Shown in pieces: positions 9,288 through 19,259 of a DNA stretch of 52,574 bases. This stretch comes from Leptospira sp. (GTDB lineage Bacteria > Spirochaetota > Leptospiria > Leptospirales > Leptospiraceae). The stretch is taken from contig JAWXAQ010000010.1 of the NCBI GenBank assembly GCA_034439575.1, positions 1 to 52,574 of the forward strand, read 5' to 3'. The stretch's first letter is position 1, and every line of letters starts with the position of its first letter. A model generated the notes under the pieces. It was not told where the DNA came from and did not search any database. It worked only from the letters and a program-made list of their open reading frames with translations. A program made the position numbers and the translations under genes.

Positions 9288-11438
9288 TTATGCTTTCGAT
9301 AACGACACCATAAGCCCACTAAATGCAGCATTGCCAGACAATTCATCGATAACTTTGTCATCTGTTAGATCATTGATGCTAACACCAGAATTTTCTGTTG
9401 CTACTTTCTGATTTGTACCAATGCGATTATGACCAAACCCATGTGGGATACTCACGACGCCTTTCATAAGTTCTGTGGTAACTTCAGCTGGAATTTGAAT
9501 TTTTCCTACATTTGATTCTACGATTACTATATCTTCATTACTTAATCCAAGTTCGGCGGCATCTTCGGGATGAATCATAATCGTACATCTAGCTTTTCCT
9601 GTCATTAATTTCGGTAAATTGTGCATCCAGGAATTATTGCTACGTAGATGTCTACGGCCAATAAGTAAAAAGTTTAATTTATCGTTTGTTAGTTGAATTC
9701 TTTCCTGTAGTTTTTTTGCGAGACGAGGAAGATCATTTAATATCACTTCTGGAATTAAACAAATCTTTTTATCCTTGGTATACAAACGTGCAGGAAAACT
9801 AGGTTCAAGTGGACCGAGATCTACTCCGTGTGGACTATTTTTTAATAGTTCCAAACTCATCTCGCCTTGTTTGTTTCCTTTGGAACCATAAGGACCAGAT
9901 TTCAAAGCATGGTCGAGTATGCTCGCCGGAGTTAGTTTTGTTTTTATAATTTCACTTGGTAGATTTTTTTTTGAACGAACCAATTCTAATCGTTTTGCCA
10001 GATCAGAAAAAATTTCCCAATCATGTAACATACCTTCTTCGGGTTCAAAAAGAGCTTGGTTGTATCGTGTTGTGTTTCTAACCGCAAATACATTAAAGAT
10101 TAGATCGTAGTGATCATGTTCAAGAGCTGAAGTAGGGGGTAATATATAGTGAGCATGTTTTGTGCTTTCATTTAAATAAAAATCGACACTGACCATAAAA
10201 TCTAAATTGGATAAAGCTAAATCTAGTTTTTTACCGTTCGGAGTAGATAAAACGGGATTTCCTGCAGATGTGATAAGCGCTCTAATTTTTCCATCACCTT
10301 CGACTAATATTTCTTCAGCCAATGTAGATACGGGCAATTCATCACTGAACTCTGGTAACTTTCGAACTCTCGACTGGTACGTGTTAAAACTCCCTGGTGA
10401 TGATCGCATAACGGACCCTTCACCAACTAAATCAACAGCGGGAAGTGTAAACATAGCACCACCTTTTTTGTCCAAATTTCCAGTGACAATATTAATCAAA
10501 TTGATTAGCCATTGGCATAAAGCGCCAAATTCTTGCGTTGATACTCCTACGCGGCCATAACAAACTGCAGTCTTGGCATTTGAAAATTCCGTCGCGATTC
10601 TATGAATGGTATTTGATGGTATGCCTGTAATATGTGTTATAGTTTCTGGAGCATAGTCCTTGCAAATATTTTTGAGAACTTGGACATCCTCATCTTTCAC
10701 AAGATTGTTTGGTTTTGTCAAATTTTCTTCAAATAGGACATGAAGAATTGCTAAGAGAAAAAAAGCATCTGTTCCCGGTTTAATGAATATATGTTCATCG
10801 GCGTGCATTGCCGTTTCCGATTTACGAGGGTCTACAACTATATACTTTCCTCGCCTTTCTTGAATCGCTTTCAGTCTTTTTTTGACATCGGGAACACTCA
10901 TTAAGCTACCGTTAGATGCAAATGGATTGCCACCTAAAATCAAAAAATATTCTGTATGATCAATGTCTGGTATCGGAACCAAAAGTTGGTGTCCAAACAT
11001 TAAATAAGATAATAATTGATGAGGAAGTTGATCAACTGATGTAGCTGAAAAATTATTTTTTGTTTTTAATTTGCCAGCGAATCTTTGGCCAAATAACATT
11101 GAACCATAATTATGTACTGTGGGATTTCCATTATAAACGGCGACAGCGTCATTGCCATATGACTCTTGTATGGCGACGAGCTTGGTAGCGATATCGGATA
11201 AGGCTTCAACCCAGGATACAGATACCCAATTTTGATTTGTCCGTTTGATGGGAAATTTAATTCTATCGGGGTCTTGGTATAAACTTTTTAATTCTGGCCC
11301 CTTAGGGCAAATATGACCTCGGCTAAACTTATCTTCTGGATCACCTTTGAAGCCATGAATGACTCCATCTTTGATTTCGATCTGAAGCCCACACATTGCT
11401 TCGCATAAATTGCAAGACCTGAAATGTATATGATCCAT
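9288..11438 (-). CDS. Cytoplasmic molybdopterin-dependent oxidoreductase (DMSO reductase superfamily, 4Fe-4S), substrate unknown
   Basis: CNLCEAMC...CPKG Fe-S motif, GGNPFASNGS, VVDPRKSETA, GRRHLRSNNSWMHN and a molydop-binding C-terminus; no Tat signal; AGGAG SD. Confidence 0.9.
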   Translation of the reverse strand: MDHIHFRSCNLCEAMCGLQIEIKDGVIHGFKGDPEDKFSRGHICPKGPELKSLYQDPDRIKFPIKRTNQNWVSVSWVEALSDIATKLVAIQESYGNDAVAVYNGNPTVHNYGSMLFGQRFAGKLKTKNNFSATSVDQLPHQLLSYLMFGHQLLVPIPDIDHTEYFLILGGNPFASNGSLMSVPDVKKRLKAIQERRGKYIVVDPRKSETAMHADEHIFIKPGTDAFFLLAILHVLFEENLTKPNNLVKDEDVQVLKNICKDYAPETITHITGIPSNTIHRIATEFSNAKTAVCYGRVGVSTQEFGALCQWLINLINIVTGNLDKKGGAMFTLPAVDLVGEGSVMRSSPGSFNTYQSRVRKLPEFSDELPVSTLAEEILVEGDGKIRALITSAGNPVLSTPNGKKLDLALSNLDFMVSVDFYLNESTKHAHYILPPTSALEHDHYDLIFNVFAVRNTTRYNQALFEPEEGMLHDWEIFSDLAKRLELVRSKKNLPSEIIKTKLTPASILDHALKSGPYGSKGNKQGEMSLELLKNSPHGVDLGPLEPSFPARLYTKDKKICLIPEVILNDLPRLAKKLQERIQLTNDKLNFLLIGRRHLRSNNSWMHNLPKLMTGKARCTIMIHPEDAAELGLSNEDIVIVESNVGKIQIPAEVTTELMKGVVSIPHGFGHNRIGTNQKVATENSGVSINDLTDDKVIDELSGNAAFSGLMVSLSKA

Positions 11439-11444
11439 GATTCG

Positions 11445-11488
11445 CTCCTAAGATGATAATCTTAGGAGGAACCAAAGGACTATGACAA
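11445..11488 (-). promoter_or_regulatory. Putative sigma-70 promoter overlapping a perfect inverted repeat that contains the SD of the oxidoreductase gene
   Basis: Minus strand TTGTCA-N18-TAAGAT; inverted repeat CTCCTAAGAT-N4-ATCTTAGGAG at 11445-11468. Confidence 0.5.
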
Positions 11489-11531
11489 GTGCAAATTTTA
11501 ATAATTTAGTATAAAAATCCTTTTGAAACCT

Positions 11532-12896
11532 TTATACTGCAGTTTTTGCAATTACCAAATTTCCATCTTTTTCAAGTGAAGGTAAAATTTTACCAAGTTC
11601 TGTGTTCACTTCTTCTTCTTCCGCCATAGAGAATCGTATTAACAATGCAAAGACGGCAGATACTGTCACGGTCGCACCAATGATAAATAATGCATTTTGG
11701 TATGTAAGGTCGCCTCTAAATAAAAATCCAGCAGAGACGGCACCAGCATTTCCACCTGCTCCGACAATCCCAGATACAGCTCCTATCGCCTTTTTGTTGA
11801 TAAACGGAACCACTGAAAAGGTAGCACCTTCCGACATTTGCACAAACAAACTAAAGACGATCATAGATGAAATTGCTAATATCAAGGTATTCATTTGTGA
11901 GAAAAGGATTAAACATATACCTTCTCCAGCGAGCGCGATAGCTAACCAAACAACTCTTCCGCGAAGACCCCATTTGATTCCAAATTTATCGCCAAAGGCT
12001 CCGCCCAAAGTTCTGGCAAATAAATTCATAAGTCCAAATAAACCAGCAATTAAACCAGCCGTTGCGGGAGTAAGTTTAAACTGATCCACATAATACAAGG
12101 CTGCGATGTTGTTGATTGTTAGTTCGATACCAAAACAAGCACCATAAGCCAAAAATAATAACCATACGCGCGGATCTTTGACAACCATGATAAAATTGCT
12201 TAATGAATTTTTCTTTCCACCCTGGAACGTAGGGTAGGTTTCTTTGATGTCTTTAAAATTTCCACCAGGCGTATCTTGCGTTCCATAATAATATATGATT
12301 CCCATTATGAACAATGCTGCACCTGGAATGATCATTGCGTATCGCCAAGAGAGTCCAGTTGTGAAACCAAAGGCTACAAAAAATCCAAAGATCATCGGCA
12401 TAACCATTTGTGTTACACCACCACCTAAGTTTCCCCAGCCGGCAGTTGTTGCATTTGCAGTGCCAATTATATTTGGGGCAAACATGACTGAAGTATGATA
12501 TTGTGTAATAACAAAAGAGGCTCCAATGGCACCTATTGCTAATCGAAATAGTAAAAAGGAAGTATAACTATCAGCCAGTCCGATCGTCATTACAGGAATC
12601 GAACCCAATACCAATAACACTGAATATGCGATTCGCGGACCAATTTTATCGCATAACCAACCAATGAGTAGTCGCATAAGTATTGTGATAGCAACGGATG
12701 CTATAATAATATTTCCAACTTGGGCTTTTGTTAATGATAGCTCATCGCGCACATAAACCATTAGGGGGGCAATTCCGAACGAGCCAAAAAAACACAAAAA
12801 GAAGGCAATCCATGTTAGATGGAAAGTGCGCATTTGTGGCGTAGTGAAATTAAATAATTCAATTTTTGTTGCTTTCGCATGTGGTGTAATCGTCAC
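11532..12896 (-). CDS. narK: NarK/NRT2-family nitrate/nitrite MFS transporter
   Basis: Nitrate signature GTANATTAGWGNLGGG, FARTLGG, GIVGAGGNAG. GTG at 12896 has an AGGAG SD and lies downstream of a sigma-54 promoter. Confidence 0.92.
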   Translation of the reverse strand: MTITPHAKATKIELFNFTTPQMRTFHLTWIAFFLCFFGSFGIAPLMVYVRDELSLTKAQVGNIIIASVAITILMRLLIGWLCDKIGPRIAYSVLLVLGSIPVMTIGLADSYTSFLLFRLAIGAIGASFVITQYHTSVMFAPNIIGTANATTAGWGNLGGGVTQMVMPMIFGFFVAFGFTTGLSWRYAMIIPGAALFIMGIIYYYGTQDTPGGNFKDIKETYPTFQGGKKNSLSNFIMVVKDPRVWLLFLAYGACFGIELTINNIAALYYVDQFKLTPATAGLIAGLFGLMNLFARTLGGAFGDKFGIKWGLRGRVVWLAIALAGEGICLILFSQMNTLILAISSMIVFSLFVQMSEGATFSVVPFINKKAIGAVSGIVGAGGNAGAVSAGFLFRGDLTYQNALFIIGATVTVSAVFALLIRFSMAEEEEVNTELGKILPSLEKDGNLVIAKTAV

Positions 12897-12926
12897 GGGG
12901 TGTTTACTCCTATTGCTGATTAAACT

Positions 12927-12942
12927 TGCAAAAAGCGTACCA
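12927..12942 (-). promoter_or_regulatory. Sigma-54 (-24/-12) promoter of narK
   Basis: TGGTACGCTTTTTGCA (GG-N10-GC); predicted +1 near 12916, just upstream of the SD. Confidence 0.8.
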
Positions 12943-13081
12943 AAATGCAAAATCACCTAAAATGCATCAAAAGGCCTTTAAAATGAGCTATATTTCACCT
13001 ATTGATTAGGACTTGTTCTTAATTTGCATAAAAAGAAATAGAAGTGTTTAGATTTCGTACAGTTTTAACTAAAGAATTGGC

Positions 13082-14272
13082 TTACCAAGGGAGATATTGA
13101 ATGATTTCTCCTTCATTTAAGGTTGTTTTATGATCAGGAAAGATTCCCAGACCATCTGAATGTAGGCCTGCGCGAATATCTCCACTTCCATTGAAAGTAA
13201 CGGGTGTCAAATATGTAGTTTCGTTTATCTCGTATTTAACGGGGAAAAATTCTGTGAGTGAATTCTTTTTTGTTTTGGTTTTTGACAAAGGCAATTTTAA
13301 GATGGGTGCTTGCTTTTGTCCTGAAATTTTTCTTAGAAAAGGTTCTAGAAAAATCCTAGCGCAAGTTTGAACACTAAATGGGTTACCAGGTAGCCCAAAT
13401 ACAACAGTATCATTTTTTTTTCCGAACCAAATTGGTTTTCCAGGTTTAATGCCTGTTTTATGAAAAATTAATTTGACATCTAATTTTTGTAAGATGGAAG
13501 GAACTAAATCCATTGTACCCATGGAAACGCCGCCAGATAAAATTAAAATATCAGATTCCAGTCCTACATTGATTTTCATTGTTAATAATTCTATATCATC
13601 TTGGACAAGAGAAGTTTTGAATGGGGCAATATTGTACTTTGCTAAAATAGATGTGATCGTATGAGAATTTGAATCTCGAATTTGATAGGGTAGTGGAATT
13701 TCTCCCAGGGATATCACTTCATTGCCCGTTGATATAATGTTTATAATAGGGAGTTTCGCTACTCTCATTTGACTGATTCCGAGTGATGCCAAAAGAGATA
13801 TTTCTGAAGTAAAAATAGATTGGCCTGCATCCATTACGAGTGTCCCTTTCGGAACATCTTCACCTTGTTTGGCGATATTGGTCCATGGTTTGATTTCTGC
13901 TGGATGGAATTTTACTTTTTTGGCGCCATTCATTTCTATTAAATGAGAGTCCTCTATTTTGATCACAGCATCAAGTCCAGAAGGAACGGGTGCGCCTGTC
14001 ATGATTCGAATCACATTCTCATTTGGTTCTAAAGAAATACTCTTTCCTGCGGCTAATTCTCGTTCATAGACAAATTCATGATTTTGAATATAGTCTTGTG
14101 TACGAATTGCAAATCCGTCCATAGCAGATCTGTTAAACGGAGGGTAATCGCGATCTGAAATTATACACTCTGTTAGGACTCTACCTCTTGCCTGCGATAA
14201 AGAAATCAATTCCTCGGGAATTTGTTTGGCATTTTGAAGAATTAATTCTAAGGCTTCCGGATAAGAAATCAA
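13082..14272 (-). CDS. moeA: Molybdopterin molybdotransferase
   Basis: PPFNRSAMDGFA, IMTGAPVP, STGNE, SGGVSMG, KPGKP, GLPGNP. Confidence 0.95.
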   Translation of the reverse strand: MISYPEALELILQNAKQIPEELISLSQARGRVLTECIISDRDYPPFNRSAMDGFAIRTQDYIQNHEFVYERELAAGKSISLEPNENVIRIMTGAPVPSGLDAVIKIEDSHLIEMNGAKKVKFHPAEIKPWTNIAKQGEDVPKGTLVMDAGQSIFTSEISLLASLGISQMRVAKLPIINIISTGNEVISLGEIPLPYQIRDSNSHTITSILAKYNIAPFKTSLVQDDIELLTMKINVGLESDILILSGGVSMGTMDLVPSILQKLDVKLIFHKTGIKPGKPIWFGKKNDTVVFGLPGNPFSVQTCARIFLEPFLRKISGQKQAPILKLPLSKTKTKKNSLTEFFPVKYEINETTYLTPVTFNGSGDIRAGLHSDGLGIFPDHKTTLNEGEIIQYLPW

Positions 14273-15183
14273 TGTCCTTCGCCTCGCATCATTTTTTTTG
14301 CATGAAAGATGGCAGGTAAAATAGCACTCACACTTTCTTTAGCACCGTTTGTGCTACCAGGTACGCTAACGATCAGAGTTTTACCAATTGTTCCCGCAAT
14401 GGATCTGGATAACATAGCAAAGGGAGTTCTTTCTTGCCCAAAGGCGCGCATCGTTTCCGAAATACCAGGAATTTCTTTGTCAAACAGAGACTTCAAAGTA
14501 TCTGTCGTATTGTCTCTTGGACCGAGGCCCGTTCCACCAGTTGTAATGATTAGATCGATTTTTTCCTTTGACCATGTAACTATGGTATTGCGGATATCTT
14601 CTGGTTCGTCTGGAACAATTTTTATTTCTTTGACTTCGACCTCTTCGGATAATAATAGTTCTGCGATAGCTTTCCCCGAACCATCTTCTTTTTTACCTGA
14701 GAAACAAGAATCAGAACAAATTAGGATTTTAGCATTTGATCCTTTGGCAAATTTGGCAATCTGTGTATCTGTTTTTCCGCCTTTTTTATCGAGGAGTTTT
14801 ATAGATGAAATTTCTAAAGTTTTATCGATGGGTTTTAATAGATCATAAATCACTAATGCGGCCACTGAGACACCAGTTAAGGTTTCCATTTCAATCCCTG
14901 TTTTGCCGATAGATTTTGCCCCCGCGAGTATACGAATCGCATTTTTATTTTCTATGATTTCAAATTGTATCGAAAACGAATCAATAGGTACTGGATGGCA
15001 ATGGGGTATGAGTTCTGCTGTCTTCTTGGCACCTAACAAAGCAGCAGCCTTGGCTACACCAAACAAATCTCCCTTAGGAAGATTATTTTCTTTAACTCTT
15101 TGTATGGTCTCCCCAGTGCAATAGACAAAGCCTTCCGCTTCGGCAGATCGTAAGGTGGTTTTTTTTCCTGTAATATCATTCAT
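14269..15183 (-). CDS. moaCB: Bifunctional MoaC / MoaB(MogA)-like protein
   Basis: N-terminal MoaC (KGDLF, LIPHCHP, TGIEMETL, KKGGK) and C-terminal MoaB/Mog domain (TTGGTGLGPRDNT, AMLSR, PGS). Confidence 0.9.
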   Translation of the reverse strand: MNDITGKKTTLRSAEAEGFVYCTGETIQRVKENNLPKGDLFGVAKAAALLGAKKTAELIPHCHPVPIDSFSIQFEIIENKNAIRILAGAKSIGKTGIEMETLTGVSVAALVIYDLLKPIDKTLEISSIKLLDKKGGKTDTQIAKFAKGSNAKILICSDSCFSGKKEDGSGKAIAELLLSEEVEVKEIKIVPDEPEDIRNTIVTWSKEKIDLIITTGGTGLGPRDNTTDTLKSLFDKEIPGISETMRAFGQERTPFAMLSRSIAGTIGKTLIVSVPGSTNGAKESVSAILPAIFHAKKMMRGEGH

Positions 15184-15192
15184 CCCTATCCC

Positions 15193-15990
15193 TTATAAGG
15201 GTTGCAAGAGAGACGAATAGTCATTTTTCAATTTTTCCATTTCAGAATAAAATCCGACAATTTTGCCAATGACGATGATCGCTGGGGATTTGACTTGATT
15301 TTCCATGAGTATGGATTCTATGTTGTTCAGATTTCCCACAAAAACACGTTCATTGATCAGAGTGGCATTTTGTATGATGGCTATTTTTGTATCACATGGA
15401 TTTCCTGCAGACAAAAGTTCATTTACGATTAGGCTAATGGAATTAAGCCCCATATAAACAATGATAGTTTTTCCTTCGCAAATTAACTTTTTGAATCCTT
15501 CTGCATTTGTACCGTCTTTTTTATGACCTGATACAATAAGAATTTCGCGCGCATAATCTCTATGTGTGAGGGGGAAGCCAAGGGATGATGCCACTCCCGA
15601 TGCCGTAGTGATTCCAGCGATGATTTCACATTGGATACCGTTTTCTAAAAGCGATGCATATTCTTCGCCGACTCGACCAAATACGGATGGATCTCCTCCC
15701 TTCAACCGAGCAACTATTTTATGTTCGGCGGCAGCCAGAATTAATTGTGTGTTGATATTTTCTTGCAAACAACTGTGAACTCCAAGCCTTTTTCCTACAT
15801 ATACCAATTGCGCTTTTTTTCTACAAACTCCCAAAATTCGAGGAGATACTAAATCATCATAGAAAACTATATCAGCTTTTCTTAATATTTTCAAGGCTTT
15901 GATCGTTAATAGTTCAGGATCACCAGGACCTGCACCTACTAGGTAAACTTTCCCTTTGTTTTCGTATAATGAATTCATAATATTAATCAA
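15193..15990 (-). CDS. cobA: Uroporphyrinogen-III C-methyltransferase (SUMT, siroheme pathway)
   Basis: GKVYLVGAGPGDPELLT, RLKGGDPSVFGR, GITTA, YMG. Start could be ATG at 15978. Confidence 0.92.
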   Translation of the reverse strand: MINIMNSLYENKGKVYLVGAGPGDPELLTIKALKILRKADIVFYDDLVSPRILGVCRKKAQLVYVGKRLGVHSCLQENINTQLILAAAEHKIVARLKGGDPSVFGRVGEEYASLLENGIQCEIIAGITTASGVASSLGFPLTHRDYAREILIVSGHKKDGTNAEGFKKLICEGKTIIVYMGLNSISLIVNELLSAGNPCDTKIAIIQNATLINERVFVGNLNNIESILMENQVKSPAIIVIGKIVGFYSEMEKLKNDYSSLLQPL

Positions 15991-16016
15991 TATTTGTTTA
16001 TCATATTTGCAAATAA

Positions 16017-16355
16017 TTATATTTCTAAATAAACGAAGCCATTCTCAACTAATACCGGATATGTGTTTATCTTATATTTTTCACCACTCAAACATTCTCC
16101 ACTTGTGAGCGAAAAATTGCGCTTATGTAGAGGGCAAACGATTTTGGGATCTCCATTCGTATCACCCAAAAATCCTCTAGAGAGGACCATATCACCAGTA
16201 TGAGGGCAGGCATTATCGCAAGCATACCATTCGTTTCTAGACTGAAAAAAGAAGATCGCAATTTGTTTTTCCCCGACTTTCGCAGTGACCCCACCTTCTG
16301 CTTCAAAGTCTGTAATTGGCCCAATCAAAATTTTATTTTTTATATTTGTTTGCAT
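16017..16355 (-). CDS. nirD: Nitrite reductase small subunit (Rieske-like)
   Basis: NACPH...LSRG...CPLHKRNFSLTSGECL; directly after nirB. Confidence 0.92.
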   Translation of the reverse strand: MQTNIKNKILIGPITDFEAEGGVTAKVGEKQIAIFFFQSRNEWYACDNACPHTGDMVLSRGFLGDTNGDPKIVCPLHKRNFSLTSGECLSGEKYKINTYPVLVENGFVYLEI

Positions 16356-16368
16356 ATGATTTGATCCT

Positions 16369-18888
16369 TTATGATTTTACCAGCTGATCTGAAACCCAAT
16401 CAGCAGGTCGAATTTGACCTCTCTCTTCAATGAATTTGATATTTGGATCTGTATCTGAAGCATTTATAAAATGTTTAAATTTCTTTTGTTTTTCAGGATC
16501 ATCCACTACATCTTTCCATTCACATAAATAAGTATTCACAAGTGAATTCATTTCTTCTTCTAGTTGTGAGTTTATCCCCAAACGATCGTTAATGACTACA
16601 TCCTTTAGATATTCAATTCCACCTTCCAATTGTTCGAGCCAAGTGGATGTTCGCATTAATTTATCTGCGGTGCGAATGTAAAACATCATATAACGGTCGA
16701 TATATTTGATACAAGTGTCTTCGTCTAAGTCTTCTGCAAAGAGTAGTGCATGTTTTGGATTCACTCCACCATTCCCACCAATGTACAAATTCCAACCTCG
16801 TTCTGTCGCTATAATACCAAAGTCTTTTCCTCTTGCTTCCGCGCATTCTCTGATACAACCAGAGACACCGCACTTAAGTTTATGCGGTGCTCGTATGCCT
16901 CTATATCGTTCTTCAAGCTTGATCGCAAAAGATGTGCTATCTTGGACGCCAAAACGACACCATGTTGAGCCAACACAACTTTTTACAGTTCGCATTGCTT
17001 TACCATAGGCATGGCCACTTTCAAAACCAGAATCGATCAAATCTTTCCAAATCAATGGAAGTTGGTCAATTCTCGCTCCAAGCAAATCGATTCTCTGTCC
17101 ACCGGTAATTTTACAGTACAAATTGTACTTTTTTGCTACATCACCTATCGCAATAAGTTTGTCAGGTGTGATTTCGCCACCTGGTATTCTTGGGACAACG
17201 GAATACGTGCCACCTCTCTGGATATTCGCTAAATACTTATCATTGGTATCTTGTATTTCTCTATGTTTAAGTATGGGTTCATTCCAAATACTAGCAATTA
17301 TAGAGGCGACAGCTGGTTTACAAACTTCACATCCATTTCCGCGTCCGATTTCTTTAATCACATCTGGAAAACTTTTTAAAGATTTAACTTTGATTACCTG
17401 AAATAATTCTTTACGAGAATATTTGAAATGTTCACACAAATATTCTGTAACTACTTTTCCTTGTAGTTTTAATTCTGCTTTTAAAATGGAAGTTACTTGC
17501 GGCAAACATCCACCACAGCCACTGCCAGCCTTGGAACAGTTTTTAACGCTTGTAATGTCATAACATTCCTTATCGCGAATGGCTGATAGAATGTCACCCT
17601 TTGAAACATTATTGCAGGAACAAATTTTAGCTTCCTCTGGCAATGAATCGGCACCGAACAAATTTTCAGAAGATACGGAACCGACAATCAAAGTCTCTGG
17701 TTCTTCTGGAAGTTCAATTTTATTTAGATAGAAAGATAATAAATTTCCATACGCTTTTGCATCACCAACAAGAATTCCACCTAACAAATATTTTCCGTCG
17801 GGTGAGATGACCAATTTTTTATATACACCACTTCTCGGATTTTTAAATACAATCGGGATATGTTCTTTTTCACCAAGGGCATCACCGAATGATGCGACTT
17901 CAACGCCAATGAGTTTAAGTTTTGTAGATAAGTCCGAGCCAACGTAAACTTTTGGTTTGTTGCCAGGACTACAAAGGTTAAATGCCAATGTATCAGCCAT
18001 TTCATAACCCGGAGCTACGAGTCCATAAATAAAATTTCTATGCAAAGCGACTTCGCCTAATGCGTATATTCCGTAGACATTTGTTCCCATTCCATCGTCG
18101 ACTATGATTCCACCTCTCTCGCCAACGGCAATTCCTGCAAGTCTTGCAAGTTCATCTCTTGGTCTAATCCCCGCTGATACGATGAGCATATCGAATTTCA
18201 GGCTTCCCCCATCCTTAAATTCGAAACCTTCGATTTTTGATGTACCTAATACTTTTTCCGTTTGTTTGTTTAAATGAATTTCAACACCGATCTCTTCAAT
18301 TTTAGCTTTTAGAATGGATGCGCCACCTTCATCTAATTGCCTTGGCATGAGCCTTGGTGCAAATTCGACTACATGCGTTTCTTTACCCAAATCTACTAAA
18401 GCCTTTGCAGCCTCTAAGCCAAGAAGTCCACCACCTAATACGGCGGCTTTCTTTATTTTTTTACCATATTCTAATGTTTGTTCTAAATCTTCGATGGTTC
18501 TATAAACAAAAACACCTTCTTTATTTAGACCTTCTAAGGGTGGGACGAAAGGAGAAGATCCAGTGGCAAAAATTAATTCATCAAATTCTAATTCTGTGCC
18601 TAAGTTTGTTATTAATTTTCTTTTTATTGTATCTATAGAGATGGCAGGCTCGGATAACAAAAGTTTGATACCATTACTTCTATACCAATCAGGGGCGCAC
18701 AAATATAGGGAATCGGCAGACTTATCAGTGAAATATTCAGAGAGATGAACTCGATCGTAAGCTCTTCGTGGCTCTTCACCAAGGACAGTAATTTCAAATT
18801 TATCCGTCCCACCAAACTCGACCAATTTTTCGCAAAAACGGTGACCAACCATACCGTTCCCTATGACCACTAACTTTCGCTTTATCAT
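16369..18888 (-). CDS. nirB: NAD(P)H-dependent assimilatory nitrite reductase large subunit
   Basis: GNGMVG FAD motif, GGGLLGLEAA, BFD motifs (CSCNNV...CGGC; CEH...CEVC), siroheme/Fe-S motifs KSCVGSTWC and SGCIRECAEA; GGGAG SD. Confidence 0.96.
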   Translation of the reverse strand: MIKRKLVVIGNGMVGHRFCEKLVEFGGTDKFEITVLGEEPRRAYDRVHLSEYFTDKSADSLYLCAPDWYRSNGIKLLLSEPAISIDTIKRKLITNLGTELEFDELIFATGSSPFVPPLEGLNKEGVFVYRTIEDLEQTLEYGKKIKKAAVLGGGLLGLEAAKALVDLGKETHVVEFAPRLMPRQLDEGGASILKAKIEEIGVEIHLNKQTEKVLGTSKIEGFEFKDGGSLKFDMLIVSAGIRPRDELARLAGIAVGERGGIIVDDGMGTNVYGIYALGEVALHRNFIYGLVAPGYEMADTLAFNLCSPGNKPKVYVGSDLSTKLKLIGVEVASFGDALGEKEHIPIVFKNPRSGVYKKLVISPDGKYLLGGILVGDAKAYGNLLSFYLNKIELPEEPETLIVGSVSSENLFGADSLPEEAKICSCNNVSKGDILSAIRDKECYDITSVKNCSKAGSGCGGCLPQVTSILKAELKLQGKVVTEYLCEHFKYSRKELFQVIKVKSLKSFPDVIKEIGRGNGCEVCKPAVASIIASIWNEPILKHREIQDTNDKYLANIQRGGTYSVVPRIPGGEITPDKLIAIGDVAKKYNLYCKITGGQRIDLLGARIDQLPLIWKDLIDSGFESGHAYGKAMRTVKSCVGSTWCRFGVQDSTSFAIKLEERYRGIRAPHKLKCGVSGCIRECAEARGKDFGIIATERGWNLYIGGNGGVNPKHALLFAEDLDEDTCIKYIDRYMMFYIRTADKLMRTSTWLEQLEGGIEYLKDVVINDRLGINSQLEEEMNSLVNTYLCEWKDVVDDPEKQKKFKHFINASDTDPNIKFIEERGQIRPADWVSDQLVKS

Positions 18889-18929
18889 TTCAATTCTCCC
18901 CTACAATGCCAAACAATCTTCCTACATTA

Positions 18930-18945
18930 TGCACGAAGTGTACCT
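18930..18945 (-). promoter_or_regulatory. Sigma-54 promoter of the nirB-nirD-cobA-moaCB-moeA operon
   Basis: AGGTACACTTCGTGCA (GG-N10-GC); predicted +1 near 18919. Confidence 0.6.
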
Positions 18946-18968
18946 ACTTAGGGCATCTCGATTAAAAA

Positions 18969-18985
18969 TGCACCGTTCTTGTGCT
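18969..18985. promoter_or_regulatory. NtrC-like enhancer box
   Basis: TGCACCGTTCTTGTGCT against the NtrC consensus TGCACCA-N3-TGGTGCA, in the nirB/nasA divergent region. Confidence 0.55.
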
Positions 18986-19135
18986 TTATTCTAGGAAATG
19001 GCTTCCCAACCGAGTTCTAGTTGGTTGATTTGTAAAAATTTTGCGGAACTAATTGTCCAAACTAAAAATATTTTAACTGAAGTAATCTTTATCCATCGCG
19101 TATTTTCGGTCATTCGTCCTATTATTTGGAGATTA

Positions 19136-19152
19136 TGCTTAAATTATGGGCA
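19136..19152. promoter_or_regulatory. NtrC-like enhancer box
   Basis: TGCTTAAATTATGGGCA (TGC-N11-GCA), ~110 bp upstream of the nasA sigma-54 site. Confidence 0.45.
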
Positions 19153-19259
19153 ATTGTTCTTGGCCAAAATTGCGATTAGCATATAATAATTAAATCAAAA
19201 TGAAGAAATTGACTCCATATTCCTAAATAATTAAGCAATATTGCTATTATTTCAGCACA

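Noticed and set aside
11439-11531. Moco riboswitch upstream of the molybdoenzyme (or of moaA)
   Set aside because: The region is short and lacks the multi-stem Moco motif features; only a simple hairpin is present.
11602-12084. 160-aa antisense ORF (also 14309-14848, 10207-10560, 42340-42681 and other short overlapping ORFs)
   Set aside because: These are shadow ORFs of well-supported genes on the opposite strand or in another frame.
12897-12956. ORF-track N-terminal extension of narK
   Set aside because: It runs through the sigma-54 promoter and SD; GTG at 12896 is the supported start.
15193-15990. Full siroheme synthase cysG
   Set aside because: Only the methyltransferase domain (265 aa) is present; the dehydrogenase/ferrochelatase part is absent from the window.
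18998-19186. 62-aa ORF in the nirB/nasA intergenic region
   Set aside because: No recognisable motifs, and it overlaps putative enhancer boxes; probably chance, though a weak AGGA precedes it.
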